A program made the translations under genes and the position numbers. Shown piece after piece: positions 49,701-61,700 of a stretch of DNA of 64,000 nt; position 1 is the first letter of the stretch, and each line of letters opens with the position of its first letter. Below the pieces are notes generated by a model that made no database searches, was not told the DNA's origin, and saw only the letters and a program-made list of their open reading frames with translations. This DNA comes from Balanoglossus misakiensis (Eukaryota > Animalia > Hemichordata), in the NCBI GenBank assembly GCA_040954595.2, contig CM082585.2, forward strand, positions 4,737,358-4,801,357, given 5' to 3'.

Positions 49701-52700
49701 GGCATTGGCATCAGTGGTCCTGACTTTGGCGATGCCAAAGGCAAAATAGGCGGTGGCATTGGCATCAGTGGTCCTGACTTTGGTGATGCCAAAGGCAAAA
49801 TAGGCGGTGGCATTGGTATCAGTGGCCCTGACTTTGGTGATGCCAAAGGCAAAATAGGCGGTGGCATAGGTATCAGTGGTCCTGACTTTGGTGATGCCAA
49901 AGGCAAAATAGGTGGTGGCATTGGTATCAGTGGCCCTGACTTTGGTGATGCCAAAGGCAAAATAGGCGGTGGCATAGGTATCAGTGGTCCTGACTTTGGT
50001 GATGCCAAAGGCAAAATAGGTGGTGGCATAGGTATCAGTGGTCCTGACTTTGGTGATGCCAAAGGGAAAATAGGCGGTGGAATTGATATCAGCGGTCCTG
50101 ACGTTGGCGATGCCAAAGGCAAAATAGGCGGTGGCATTGACATCAGTGGTCCTGATGTTGGCGATGCCAAAGGCCAAATAGGCGGTGGCATTGGTATCAG
50201 TGGCCCTGACTTTGGTGATGCCAAAGGCAAAATAGGCGGTGGCATTGGTATCAGTGGTCCTGACTTTGGCGATGCCAAAGGCAAAATAGGCGGTGGCATT
50301 GGTATCAGTGGTCCTGACTTTGGCGATGCCAAAGGCAAAATAGGCGGTGGCATTGGTATCAGTGGTCCTGACTTTGGCGATGCCAAAGGCAAAATAGGCG
50401 GTGGCATTGGTATCAGTGGTCCTGACTTTGGCGATGCCAAAGGCAAAATAGGCGGTGGCATTGGTATCAGTGGTCCTGACTTTGGCGATGCCAAAGGCAA
50501 AATAGGCGGTGGCATTGGTATCAGTGGTCCTGACTTTGGCGATGCCAAAGGCAAAATAGGCGGTGGCATTGGTATCAGTGGTCCTGACTTTGGCGATGCC
50601 AAAGGCAAAATAGGCGGTGGCATTGGTATCAGTGGTCCTGACTTTGGCGATGCCAAAGGCAAAATAGGCGGTGGCATTGGTATCAGTGGTCCTGACTTTG
50701 GTGATGCCAAAGGCAAAATAGGCGGTGGCATTGGTATCAGTGGTCCTGACTTTGGCGATGCCAAAGGCAAAATAGGCGGTGGAATTGGTATCAGTGGTCC
50801 TGACTTTGGCGATGCCAAAGGCAAAATAGGCGGTGGCATTGGTATCAGTGGTCCTGACATTGGCGATGCCAAAGGCAAAATAGGCGGTGGCATTGGTATC
50901 AGTGGTCCTGACTTTGGCGATGCCAAAGGCAAAATAGGCGGTGGCATTGACATCAGTGGTCCTGACGTTGGTGATGCCAAAGGCAAAATAGGCGGTGGCA
51001 TTGGTATCAGTGGTCCTGACTTTGGTGATGCCAAAGGCAAAATAGGCGGTGGCATTGGTATCAGAGGTCCTGACTTTGGTGATGCCAAAGGCAAAATAAG
51101 CGGTGGAATTGGTATCAGTGGTCCTGACTTTGGCGATGCCAAAGGCAAAATAGCCGGTGGAATTGGTATCAGTGGTCCTGACTTTGGCGATGCCAAAGGC
51201 AAAATAGGCGGTGGCATTGGTATCAGTGGTCCTGACATTGGCGATGCCAAAGGCAAAATAGGCGGTGGCATTGGTATCAGTGGTCCTGACTTTGGCGATG
51301 CCAAAGGCAAAATAGGCGGTGGCATTGACATCAGTGGTCCTGACGTTGGTGATGCCAAAGGCAAAATAGGCGGTGGCATTGGTATCAGTGGTCCTGACTT
51401 TGGTGATGCCAAAGGCAAAATAGGCGGTGGCATTGGTATCAGAGGTCCTGACTTTGGTGATGCCAAAGGCAAAATAAGCGGTGGAATTGGTATCAGTGGT
51501 CCTGACTTTGGCGATGCCAAAGGCAAAATAGCCGGTGGAATTGGTATCAGTGGTCCTGACTTTGGCGATGCCAAAGGCAAAATAGGCGGTGGCATAGGTA
51601 TCAGTGGTCCTGACTTTGGCGATGCCAAAGGCAAAATAGGCGGTGGCATTGGTATCAGTGGTCCTGACTTTGGCGATGCCAAAGGCAAAATAGGCGGTGG
51701 CATTGGCATCAGCGGTCCTGACTTTGGCGATGCCAAAGGCAATATAGGCGGTGGCATTGGCATCAGTGGTCCTGACTTTGGTGATGCCAAAGGCAAAATA
51801 GGCGGTGGCATTGGTATCAGTGGTCCTGACTTTGGTGATGCCAAAGGCAAAATAGGCGGTGGCATAGGTATCAGTGGTCCTGACTTTGGTGATGCCAAAG
51901 GCAAAATAGGCGGTGGCATTGGTATCAGTGGCCCTGACTTTGGTGATGCCAAAGGCAAAATAGGCGGTGGCATAGGTATCAGTGGTCCTGACTTTGGTGA
52001 TGCCAAAGGCAAAATAGGCGGTGGCATTGGTATCAGTGGCCCTGACTTTGGTGATGCCAAAGGCAAAATAGGTGGTGGCATTGGCATCAGTGGTCCTGAC
52101 TTTGGTGATGCCAAAGGCAAAATAGGCGGTGGCATTGGTATCAGCGGTCCTGACTTTGGTGATGCCAAAGGCAAAATAGGCGGTGGCATTGGTATCAGTG
52201 GCCCTGACTTTGGTGATGCCAAAGGCAAAATAGGCGGTGGCATTGGCATCAGTGGTCCTGACTTTGGTGATGCCAAAGGCAAAATAGGCGGTGGCATTGG
52301 TATCAGCGGTCCTGACTTTGGTGATGCCAAAGGGAAAATAGGCGGTGGAATTGATATCAGCGGTCCTGACGTTGGCGATGCCAAAGGCAAAATAGGCGGT
52401 GGCATTGACATCAGTGGTCCTGACGTTGGTGATGCCAAAGGCAAAATAGGCGGTGGCATTGGTATCAGTGGCCCTGACTTTGGTGATGCCAAAGGCAAAA
52501 TAGGCGGTGGCATTGGTATCAGTGGTCCTGACTTTGGTGATGCCAAAGGCAAAATAGGCGGTGGCATTGGTATCAGTGGTCCTGACTTTGGCGATGCCAA
52601 AGGCAAAATAGGCGGTGGCATTGGTATCAGTGGTCCTGACTTTGGCGATGCCAAAGGCAAAATAGGCGGTGGCATTGGTATCAGTGGTCCTGACTTTGGC

Positions 52701-55700
52701 GATGCCAAAGGCAAAATAGGCGGTGGCATTGTTATCAGTGGTCCTGACTTTGGCGATGCCAAAGGCAAAATAGGCGGTGGCATTGGTACCAGTGGTCCTG
52801 ACTTTGGCGATGCCAAAGGCAAAATAGGCGGTGGCATTGGAATCAGTGGTCCTGACTTTGGTGATGCCAAAGGCAAAATAGGCGGTGGCATTGGTATCAG
52901 CGGTCCTGACTTTGGTGATGCCAAAGGCAAAACAGGCGGTGGCATTGGTATCAGCGGTCCTGACGTTGGTGATGCCAAAGGCAAAATAGGCGGTGGCATT
53001 GGTATCAGCGGTCCTGATGTTGGCGATGCCAAAGGCAAAATAGGTGGTGGCATTGGTATCAGTGGTCCTGACTTTGGCGATGCCAAAGGGAAAATAGGCG
53101 GTGGAATTGGTATCAGCGGTCCTGACTTTGGTGATGCCAAAGGCAAAATAGGCGGTGGCATTGGTTTTAGTGGTCCTGATGTTGGTGATGCCAAAGGCAA
53201 AATAGGCGGTGGCATTGGTATCAGTGGTCCTGACTTTGGCGATGCCAAAGGCAAAATAGGCGGTGGCATTGACATCAGTGGTCCTGACTTTGGCGATGCC
53301 AAAGGCAAAATAGGCGGTGGCATAGGTATCAGTGGTCCTGACTTTGGCGATGCCAAAGGCAAAATAGGCGGTGGCATTGGTATCAGTGGTCCTGACTTTG
53401 GCGATGCCAAAGGCAAAATAGGCGGTGGCATTGGTATCAGTGGTCCTGACTTTGGCGATGCCAAAGGTAAAATAAGCGGTGGCATTGGTATCAGTGGTCC
53501 TGACTTTGGTGATGCCAAAGGCAAAATAGGCGGTGGCATTGGTATCAGTGGTCCTGACAGTGGTCCTGACTTTGGTGATGCCAAAGGGAAAATAGTTGGT
53601 GGCGTTGGTATCAGTGGTCCTGACTTTGGTGATGCCAAAGGGAAAATAGGCGGTGGCATTGGTATCAGTGGCCCTGACTTTGGTGATGCCAAAGGGAAAA
53701 TTGGCGGTGACATTAGTATCGGTAGTCATGATGGTGGAGATGCCAAAATGAAATTGGATGTTCCTGGCATAGACATCAAAGGTAAAAAGGCGTCTAAAAT
53801 GCCAAAAGTTAAAGGCGAAAAGAATGCAAATCTTGCATGCTTTGGGAAAATGAATAACTCCGATGCGTCAGGAAGTGACGATGAGGGTGATCACAAATCT
53901 GGCAGGAAGTCAAAACTAAGTTTCAAAGGAAAGCTTGGTGGCTCCTTTGGGAAAGGTAATACCAAGAGAAAACTAAAGGTCAAGTCTGGTGATATGTCCC
54001 TTTCTGGAAAGGGTGGTGTCAGTGGTGATATTGACACCAATTTAAGCTTGGGTGTTGATGGTGATTTTGATGCCAGTGTTCCTGATGGCGGTGATGCCAA
54101 AGTGAATTTAGGTGTTGGTGGCATTGGCATTAGTGGCCCTGATATTGGTGATGCCAAAATGAAATTAGATGTTGGTTCTGTTGGTGATGCCAAGGGAAAA
54201 TTGGACATCGGTGGAATAGATGTTGAAGGTGCGGGTGGCGGCGATGCCAAACTGAATTTGGGAGGTGGCGGTGGCATTGGCATTAGTGGCCCCGATTTTG
54301 GTGATGCCAAAGGGAAATTGGACATCGGTGGAATAGATGTTGAAGGTGCGGGTGGCGGTGATGCCAAATTGAATTTGGGAGGTGGCGGTGGCATTGGCAT
54401 TAGTGGCCCTGATTTTGGTGATGCCAAAGGGAAACTTGGTGGTGACATTGGTATCAGTGGTCCTGATGGTGGAGATGCCAACTTTGAGTTAAACATGGGT
54501 GGAATTGATGTTGAAGTTCCTGATGGTGGAGATGCGAAAATGAAATTGGATGTTCCTGGCATAGACATCAAAGGTAAAAAAGCGTCTAAAATGCCAAAAG
54601 TCAAAGGTGAAAAGAATGCAAATTTTGCATGCTTTGGGAAAATGAATAACTCCGATGCGTCAGGAAGTAACGATGAGGGTGATCACAAATCTGGCAGGAA
54701 GTCAAAACTAAGTTTCAAAGGAAAGCTTGGTGGCTCCTTTGGGAAAGGTAATACCAAGAGAAAACTAAAGGTCAAGCCTGGTGATATGTCCCTTTCTGAA
54801 AAGGGCGGTGCCAGTGGTGATATTGACACCAATTTAAGCTTGGGTGTTGATGGTGATTTTGATGCCAATGGTCCTGATGGCGGTGATGCCAAAGTGAATT
54901 TAGGTGTTGGTGGCATTGGCATTAGTGGTCCTGATTTTGGTGATGCCAAAATGAAATTAGATGTTGGTTCTGTTGGTGATGCCAAGGGAAAATTGGACAT
55001 CGGTGGAATAGATGTTGAAGGTGCGGGTGGCGGCGATGCCAAACTGAATTTGGGAGGTGGCGGTGGCATTGGCATTAGTGGCCCTGATTTTGGTGATGCC
55101 AAAGGGAAATTGGACATCGGTGGAATAGATGTTGAAGGTGCGGGTGGCGGTGATGCCAAACTGAATTTGGGAGGTGGCGGTGGCATTGGCATTAGTGGCC
55201 CCGATTTTGGTGATGCCAAAGGGAAATTGGACATCGGTGGAATAGATGTTGAAGGTGCGGGTGGCGGTGATGCCAAACTGAATTTGGGAGGTGGCGGTGG
55301 CATTGGCATCAGTGGCCCTGATTTTGGTGATGCCAAAGGAAATCTTGGTGGTGACATTAGTATCGGTGGTCCTGATGGTGGAGATGCCAAAATGAAATTG
55401 GATGTTCCTGGCATTGACATCAAAGGTAAAAAGGCGTCTAAAATGCCAAAAGTCAAAGGTGAAAAGAATGCAAATTTTGCATGCTTTGGGAAAATGAATA
55501 ACTCCGATGCGTCAGGAAGTGACGATGAGGGTGATCAGAAATCTGGCAGGAAGTCAAAACTAAGTTTCAAAGGAAAGCTTGGTGGCTCCTTTGGGAAAGG
55601 TAATACCAAGAGAAAACTAAAGGTCAAGCCTGGTGATATGTCCCTTTCTGGAAAGGGTGGTGCCAGTGGTGATATTGACACCAATTTAAGCTTGGGTGTT

Positions 55701-58700
55701 GATGGTGATTTTGATGCCAGTGGTCCTGATGGTGGTGATGCAAGAGTGAATTTAGGCGCTGGTGGCATTGGCATTAGTAGCCCTGATTTTGGTGATGCCA
55801 AAATGAAATTAGATGTTGGTTCTGTTGGTGATGCCAAGGGAAAATTGGACATCGGTGGAATAGATGTTGAAGGTGCAGGTGGCGGTGATGCCAAATTGAA
55901 TTTGGGAGGTGGCGGTGGCATTGGCATTAGTGGCCCTGATTTTGGTGATGCCAAAGGGAAACTTGGTGGTGACATTGGTATCAGTGGTCCTGGTGGTGGA
56001 GATGCCAACTTTGAGTTAAACATGGGTGGAATTGATGTTGAAGGTCCTGATGGTGGAGATGCCAAAATGAAATTGGATGTTCCTGGCATAGATATCAAAG
56101 GTAAAAAGGCGTCTAAAATGCCAAAAGTTAAAGGTGAAAAGAATGCAAATCTTGCATGCTTTGGGAAAATGAATAACTCTGATGCGTCAGGAAGTGACGA
56201 TGAGGGTGATCAGAAATCTGGCAGGAAGTCAAAACTAAGTTTGAAAGGAAAGCTTGGTGGCTCCTTTGGGAAAGGTAATACCAAGAGAAAACTAAAGGTC
56301 AAGCCTGGTGATATGTCCCTTTCTGGAAAGGGTGGTTCCAGTGGTGATATTGACACCAATTTAAGCCTGGGTGTTGATGGTGATTTTGATGCCAATGGTC
56401 CTGATGGCGGTGATGCCAAATTGAATTTAGGTGTTGGTGGCATTGGCATTAGTGGCCCTGATTTTGGTGATGCCAAAATGAAATTAGATGTTGGTTCTGT
56501 TGGTGATGCCAAGGGAAAATTGGACATCGGTGGAATAGATGTTGAAGGTGCGGGTGGCGGTGATGCCAAATTGAATTTGGGAGGTGGCGGTGGCATTGGC
56601 ATTAGTGGCCCTGATTTTGGTGATGCCAAGATGAAATTAGATGTTGGTTCTGTTGGTGATGGTCCTGATGGTGGAGATGCTAAGTTGAATATTGGTGCTG
56701 GTGGCATTGGCATCAGTGGCCCTGATTTTGGTGATGCCAAAGGAAATCTTGGTGGTGACATTGGTATCAGTGGTCCTGATGGTGGAGATGCCAAAATGAA
56801 ATTGGATGTTCCTGGCATAGACATCAAAGGTAAAAAGGCGTCTAAAATGCCAAAAGTTAAAGGTGAAAAGAATGCAAATCTTGCATGCTTTGGGAAAATG
56901 AATAACTCCGATGCGTCAGGAAGTGACGATGAGGGTGATCACAAATCTGGCAGGAAGTCAAAACTAAGTTTCAAAGGAAAGCTTGGTGGCTCCTTTGGGA
57001 AAGGTCATACCAAGAGAAAACTAAAGGTCAAGTCTGGTGATATGTCCCTTTCTGGAAAGGGTGGTGCCAGTGGTGATATTGACACCAATTTAAGCTTGGG
57101 TGTTGATGGTGATTTTGATGCCAATGGTCCTGATGGCGGTGATGCCAAAGTGAATTTAGGTGTTGGTGGCATTGGCATTAGTGGTCCTGATTTTGGTGAT
57201 GCCAAAATGAAATTAGATGTTGGTTCTGTTGGTGATGCCAAGGGAAAATTGGACATCGGTGGAATAGATGTTGAAGGTGCGGGTGGCGGTGATGCCAAAC
57301 TGAATTTGGGAGGTGGCGGTGGCATTGGCATTAGTGGCCCCGATTTTGGTGATGCCAAAGGGAAATTGGACATCGGTGGAATAGATGTTGATGTTCCTGA
57401 TGGTGGAGATGCTAAGTTGAATATTGGTGCTGGTGGCATTGACATCAGTGGCCCTGATTTTGGTGATGCCAAAGGGAAATTGGATGTTCCTGGCATAGAC
57501 ATCAAAGGTAAAAAGGCGTCTAAAATGCCAAAAGTCAAAGGTGAAAAGAATGCAAATTTTGCATGCTTTGGGAAAATGAATAACTCCGATGCGTCAGGAA
57601 GTGACGATGAGGGTGATCAGAAAACTGGCAGGAAGTCAAAACTAAGTTTGAAAGGAAAGCTTGGTGGCTCCTTTGGGAAAGGTAATACCAAGAGAAAACT
57701 AAAGGTCAAGCCTGGTGATATGTCCCTTTCTGGAAAGGGTGGTGCCAGTGGTGATATTGACACCAATTTAAGCCTGGGTGTTGATGGTGATTTTGATGCC
57801 AGTGGTCCTGATGGTGGTGATGCTAAAGTGAATTTAGGTGTTGGTGGCATTGGCATTAGTGGCCCTGATTTTGGTGATGCCAAAATGAAATTAGATGTTG
57901 GTTCTGTTGGTGATGCCAAGGGAAAATTAGACATTGGCGGAATTGATGTTGAAGGTGCTGGTGGTGGAGATGCCAAATTGAATTTGGGAGGTGGCGGTGG
58001 CATTGGCATTAGTGGCCCCGATTTTGGTGATGCCAAAGGGAAATTGGACATCGGTGGAATAGATGTTGATGGTCCTGATGGTGGAGATGCTAAGTTGAAT
58101 ATTGGTGCTGGTGGCATTGACATCAGTGGCCCTGATTTTGGTGATGCCAAAGGAAATCTTAGTGGTGACATTAGTATCGGTGGTCCTGATGGTGGAGATG
58201 CCAAAATGAAATTAGATGTTCCTGGCATAGACATCAAAGGTAAAAAGGCGTCTAAAATGCCAAAAGTTAAAGGTGAAAAGAATGCAAATCTTGCATGCTT
58301 TGGGAAAATGAATAACTCCGATGCGTCAGGAAGTGACAATGAGGGTGATCACAAATCTGGCAGGAAGTCAAAACTAAGTTTGAAAGGAAAGCTTGGTGGC
58401 TCCTTTGGGAAAGGTAATACTAAGAGAAAACTAAAGGTCAAGCCTGGTGATATGTCCCTTTCTGGAAAGGGTGGTGCCAGTGGTGATATTGACACCAATT
58501 TAAGCTTGGGTGTTGATGGTGATTTTGATGCCAATGGTCCTGATGGCGGTGATGCCAAAGTGAATTTAGGTGTTGGTGGCATTGGCATTAGTGGCCCTGA
58601 TTTTGGTGATGCCAAAATGAAATTAGATGTTGGTTCTGTTGGTGATGCTAAGGGAAAATTGGACATCGGTGGAATAGATGTTGAAGGTGCGGGTGGCGGT

Positions 58701-61700
58701 GATGCCAAACTGAATTTGGGAGGTGGCGGTGGCATTGGCATTAGTGGCCCTGATTTTGGTGATGCCAAAGGGCAATTGGACATCGGTGGAATAGATGTTG
58801 ATGGTCCTGATGGTGGAGATGCTAAGTTGAATATTGGTGCTGGTGGTATTGACATCAGTGGCCCTGATTTTGGTGATGCCAAAGGAAATCTTGGTGGTGA
58901 CATTAGTATCAGTGGTCCTGATGGTGGAGATGCCAAAATGAAATTGGATGTTCCTGGCATAGACATCAAAGGTAAAAAGGCGTCTAAAATGCCAAAAGTC
59001 AAAGGTGAAAAGAATGCAAATTTTGCATGCTTTGGGAAAATGGATAACTCCGATGCGTCAGGAAGTGACGATGAGGGTGATCACAAATCTGGCAGGAAGT
59101 CAAAACTAAGTTTGAAAGGAAAGCTTGGTGGCTCCTTTGGGAAAGGTAATACCAAGAGAAAACTAAAGGTCAAGTCTGGTGATATGTCCCTTTCTGGAAA
59201 GGGTGGTGCCAGTGGTGATATTGACACCAATTTAAGCTTGGGTGTTGATGGTGATTTTGATGCCAATGGTCCTGATGGCGGTGATGCCAAAGTGAATTTA
59301 GGTGTTGGTGGCATTGGCATTAGTGGCCCTGATTTTGGTGATGCCAAAATGAAATTAGATGTTGGTTCTGTTGGTGATGCCAAGGGAAAATTGGACATCG
59401 GTGGAATAGATGTTGAAGGTGCGGGTGGCGGTGATGCCAAACTGAATTTGGGAGGTGGCGGTGGCATTGACATTAGTGGCCCTGATTTTGGTGATGCCAA
59501 AGGAAATCTTGGTGGTGACATTGGTATCAGTGGTCCTGATGGTGGAGATGCCAAAATGAAATTAGATGTTCCTGGCATAGACATCAAAGGTAAAAAGGCG
59601 TCTAAAATGCCAAAAGTCAAAGGTGAAAAGAATGCAAATTTTGCATGCTTTGGGAAAATGAATAACTCCGATGCGTCAGGAAGTGACGATGAGGGTGATC
59701 AGAAATCTGGCAGGAAGTCAAAACTAAGTTTGAAAGGAAAGCTTGGTGGCTCCTTTGGGAAAGGTCATACCAAGAGAAAACTAAAGGTCAAGCCTGGTGA
59801 TATGTCCCTTTCTGGAAAGGGTGGTGCCAGTGGTGATATTGACACCAATTTAAGCCTGGGTGTTGATGGTGATTTTGATGCCAGTGGTCCTGATGGTGGT
59901 GATGCCAATTTGAATATTAGTGCTGGTGGCATTGGCATCAGTGGTCCTGATGCAGGTGATGCCAAAATGCAATTAGACATGGGTGGAATTGATGTTGAAG
60001 GCCCTGATGGTTCTTCGGGCATAGACATCAAAGGTGAAAAGCTCAAAGCTAAAGGTGGGAAGAATGCAAATTTTGCATGCTTTGGGAAACCTAAGAAGAA
60101 AGTAAAAACTAAGTCTGCCAAAATGTCTCTTTCTGGAAAGGGTGGTGTCAGTGGCGATGTTGACACCGACGTAAACATGGGTGTTGATGGTGGATTTGGT
60201 GTCGGTGGTCCTGATGTTAATGGCAGCAAACCATCATTAGACATGGGGGGTTTTGGCATCAATGGACCTGAAGGTGGCGATAACAAAATGAAATTAGGTG
60301 GTGGCATTGGTTTCAATGCTCCTGATGTCAACGGTTCTGATGGTGTGAACCCCAACATGAAACTAGGCGTTGATGGCAAGTTTGGTGGCATTGGCATTGA
60401 TGGTGATGACATCGACATGTCCTTAGGCATGGGCAGTTTTGGCATCGATGGTCCAGACGGTGGTGATACCAAAATGAAATTAGGTGGTGGCATTGGTTTC
60501 AATGCTCCTGATGTCAATGGTTCTGATGGTGTGAACGCCAACATGAAACTAGACGCTGATGGCAAGTTTGGTGGCAGTGGCATTGATGGTGATGAAATCG
60601 ACATGTCATTAGGCATGGGCAGTTTTGGCATCGGAGGTCCTGATGGTGGTGATAACAAAATGAAATTGGGTGGTGGCATTGGTGTCAATGGTCCTGATGG
60701 TGCGAACCCCAACATGAAGCTAGGAGTTGACGGCAGGCATAGTGGCAGTGGCATTGATGGTAATGACATCGACATGTCCTTAGGCATGGGCAGTTTTGGA
60801 TTCGGAGGTCCTGATGGTGGTGATAACAAAATGAAATTAGGTGGTGGCATTGGTTTCAATGGTCCTGAAGGTGGGGACACCAAAATGCAATTAGGCGTTG
60901 GCGGCAGGTTTGGTGGCAGTGGCAATTTTGGTGGCAGTGGCAAAATCAATGAGGAAATATTAATGAGCAGCGTCAGTGTAGATGTCAACAGCGAACCTCC
61001 TGAACACCACTCTGCGTCTGCAATGAACATAGACATTGATTTCAAAAAACATCCCCACGGACTGGAAGACAGCACAATTGGTGACAGTACACCGTTGCTG
61101 GAACTTAGGGGCCAGGGAGCAGGAGTTGCCCCCGGTAAAGCGCATGATTTGTCGTGGTCTGCTGGTGTGGAAGGTGACTTGAACAAGAACGTCGTGCCTG
61201 TGCAAATGAGCAGTTCTGGAGACATTGGTGGTGATGTTTTGGGGACACAGCACCGTTCCGGCAGTGCAAAAATAGGACCCAACGATGTGTTTCTAGATGT
61301 AGATACTCTTGTAGATGACGACGATGTGGAAATTGCTGGTGCAAGAGACAGAGGTGGAAAGTACACGCAATCATTGAAAAGCTTGTTCCCTGTCCGAAAG
61401 AAAATGTAAGTACTACATAGAGTTCTAAGCATTGCTCCAAAGTTTACATCTCACCATTTGTTGCTCTCTATTATAAATAAAACTCATTGCACACATGATA
61501 GTCTTTGTAGAAATTTATTATCAATATAGGAAAACGTTTTAGCATTGATCTGAAGTAAGTAAATTATTTATCAGTGCAAGTTTATTCTATACCCTATACC
61601 TAGATTAAAACATTGATACAATAATTGCAGGTCCTCAATTTCAAAAATTTCAAGTCATGTGAGGCATTTTAACATTTACATCAACATGACCATCCCACTA

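Noticed and set aside
10336-53715. A link between the ~54-bp satellite and the 54-nt coding repeat
   Set aside because: They share only a period length; no sequence similarity is visible on either strand.
44505-53729. 3074-aa and 2876-aa antisense ORFs (and the shorter Pro-rich ones to 61432)
   Set aside because: They are shadows of the stop-free 54-nt coding repeat. Only the + frame has a unique N-terminus and splices to conserved exons.
43701-61409. Calling the ORF AHNAK itself
   Set aside because: There is no PDZ domain and no canonical ~128-aa AHNAK unit; the similarity is motif-level only, and the C-terminus is ABCC5-like.
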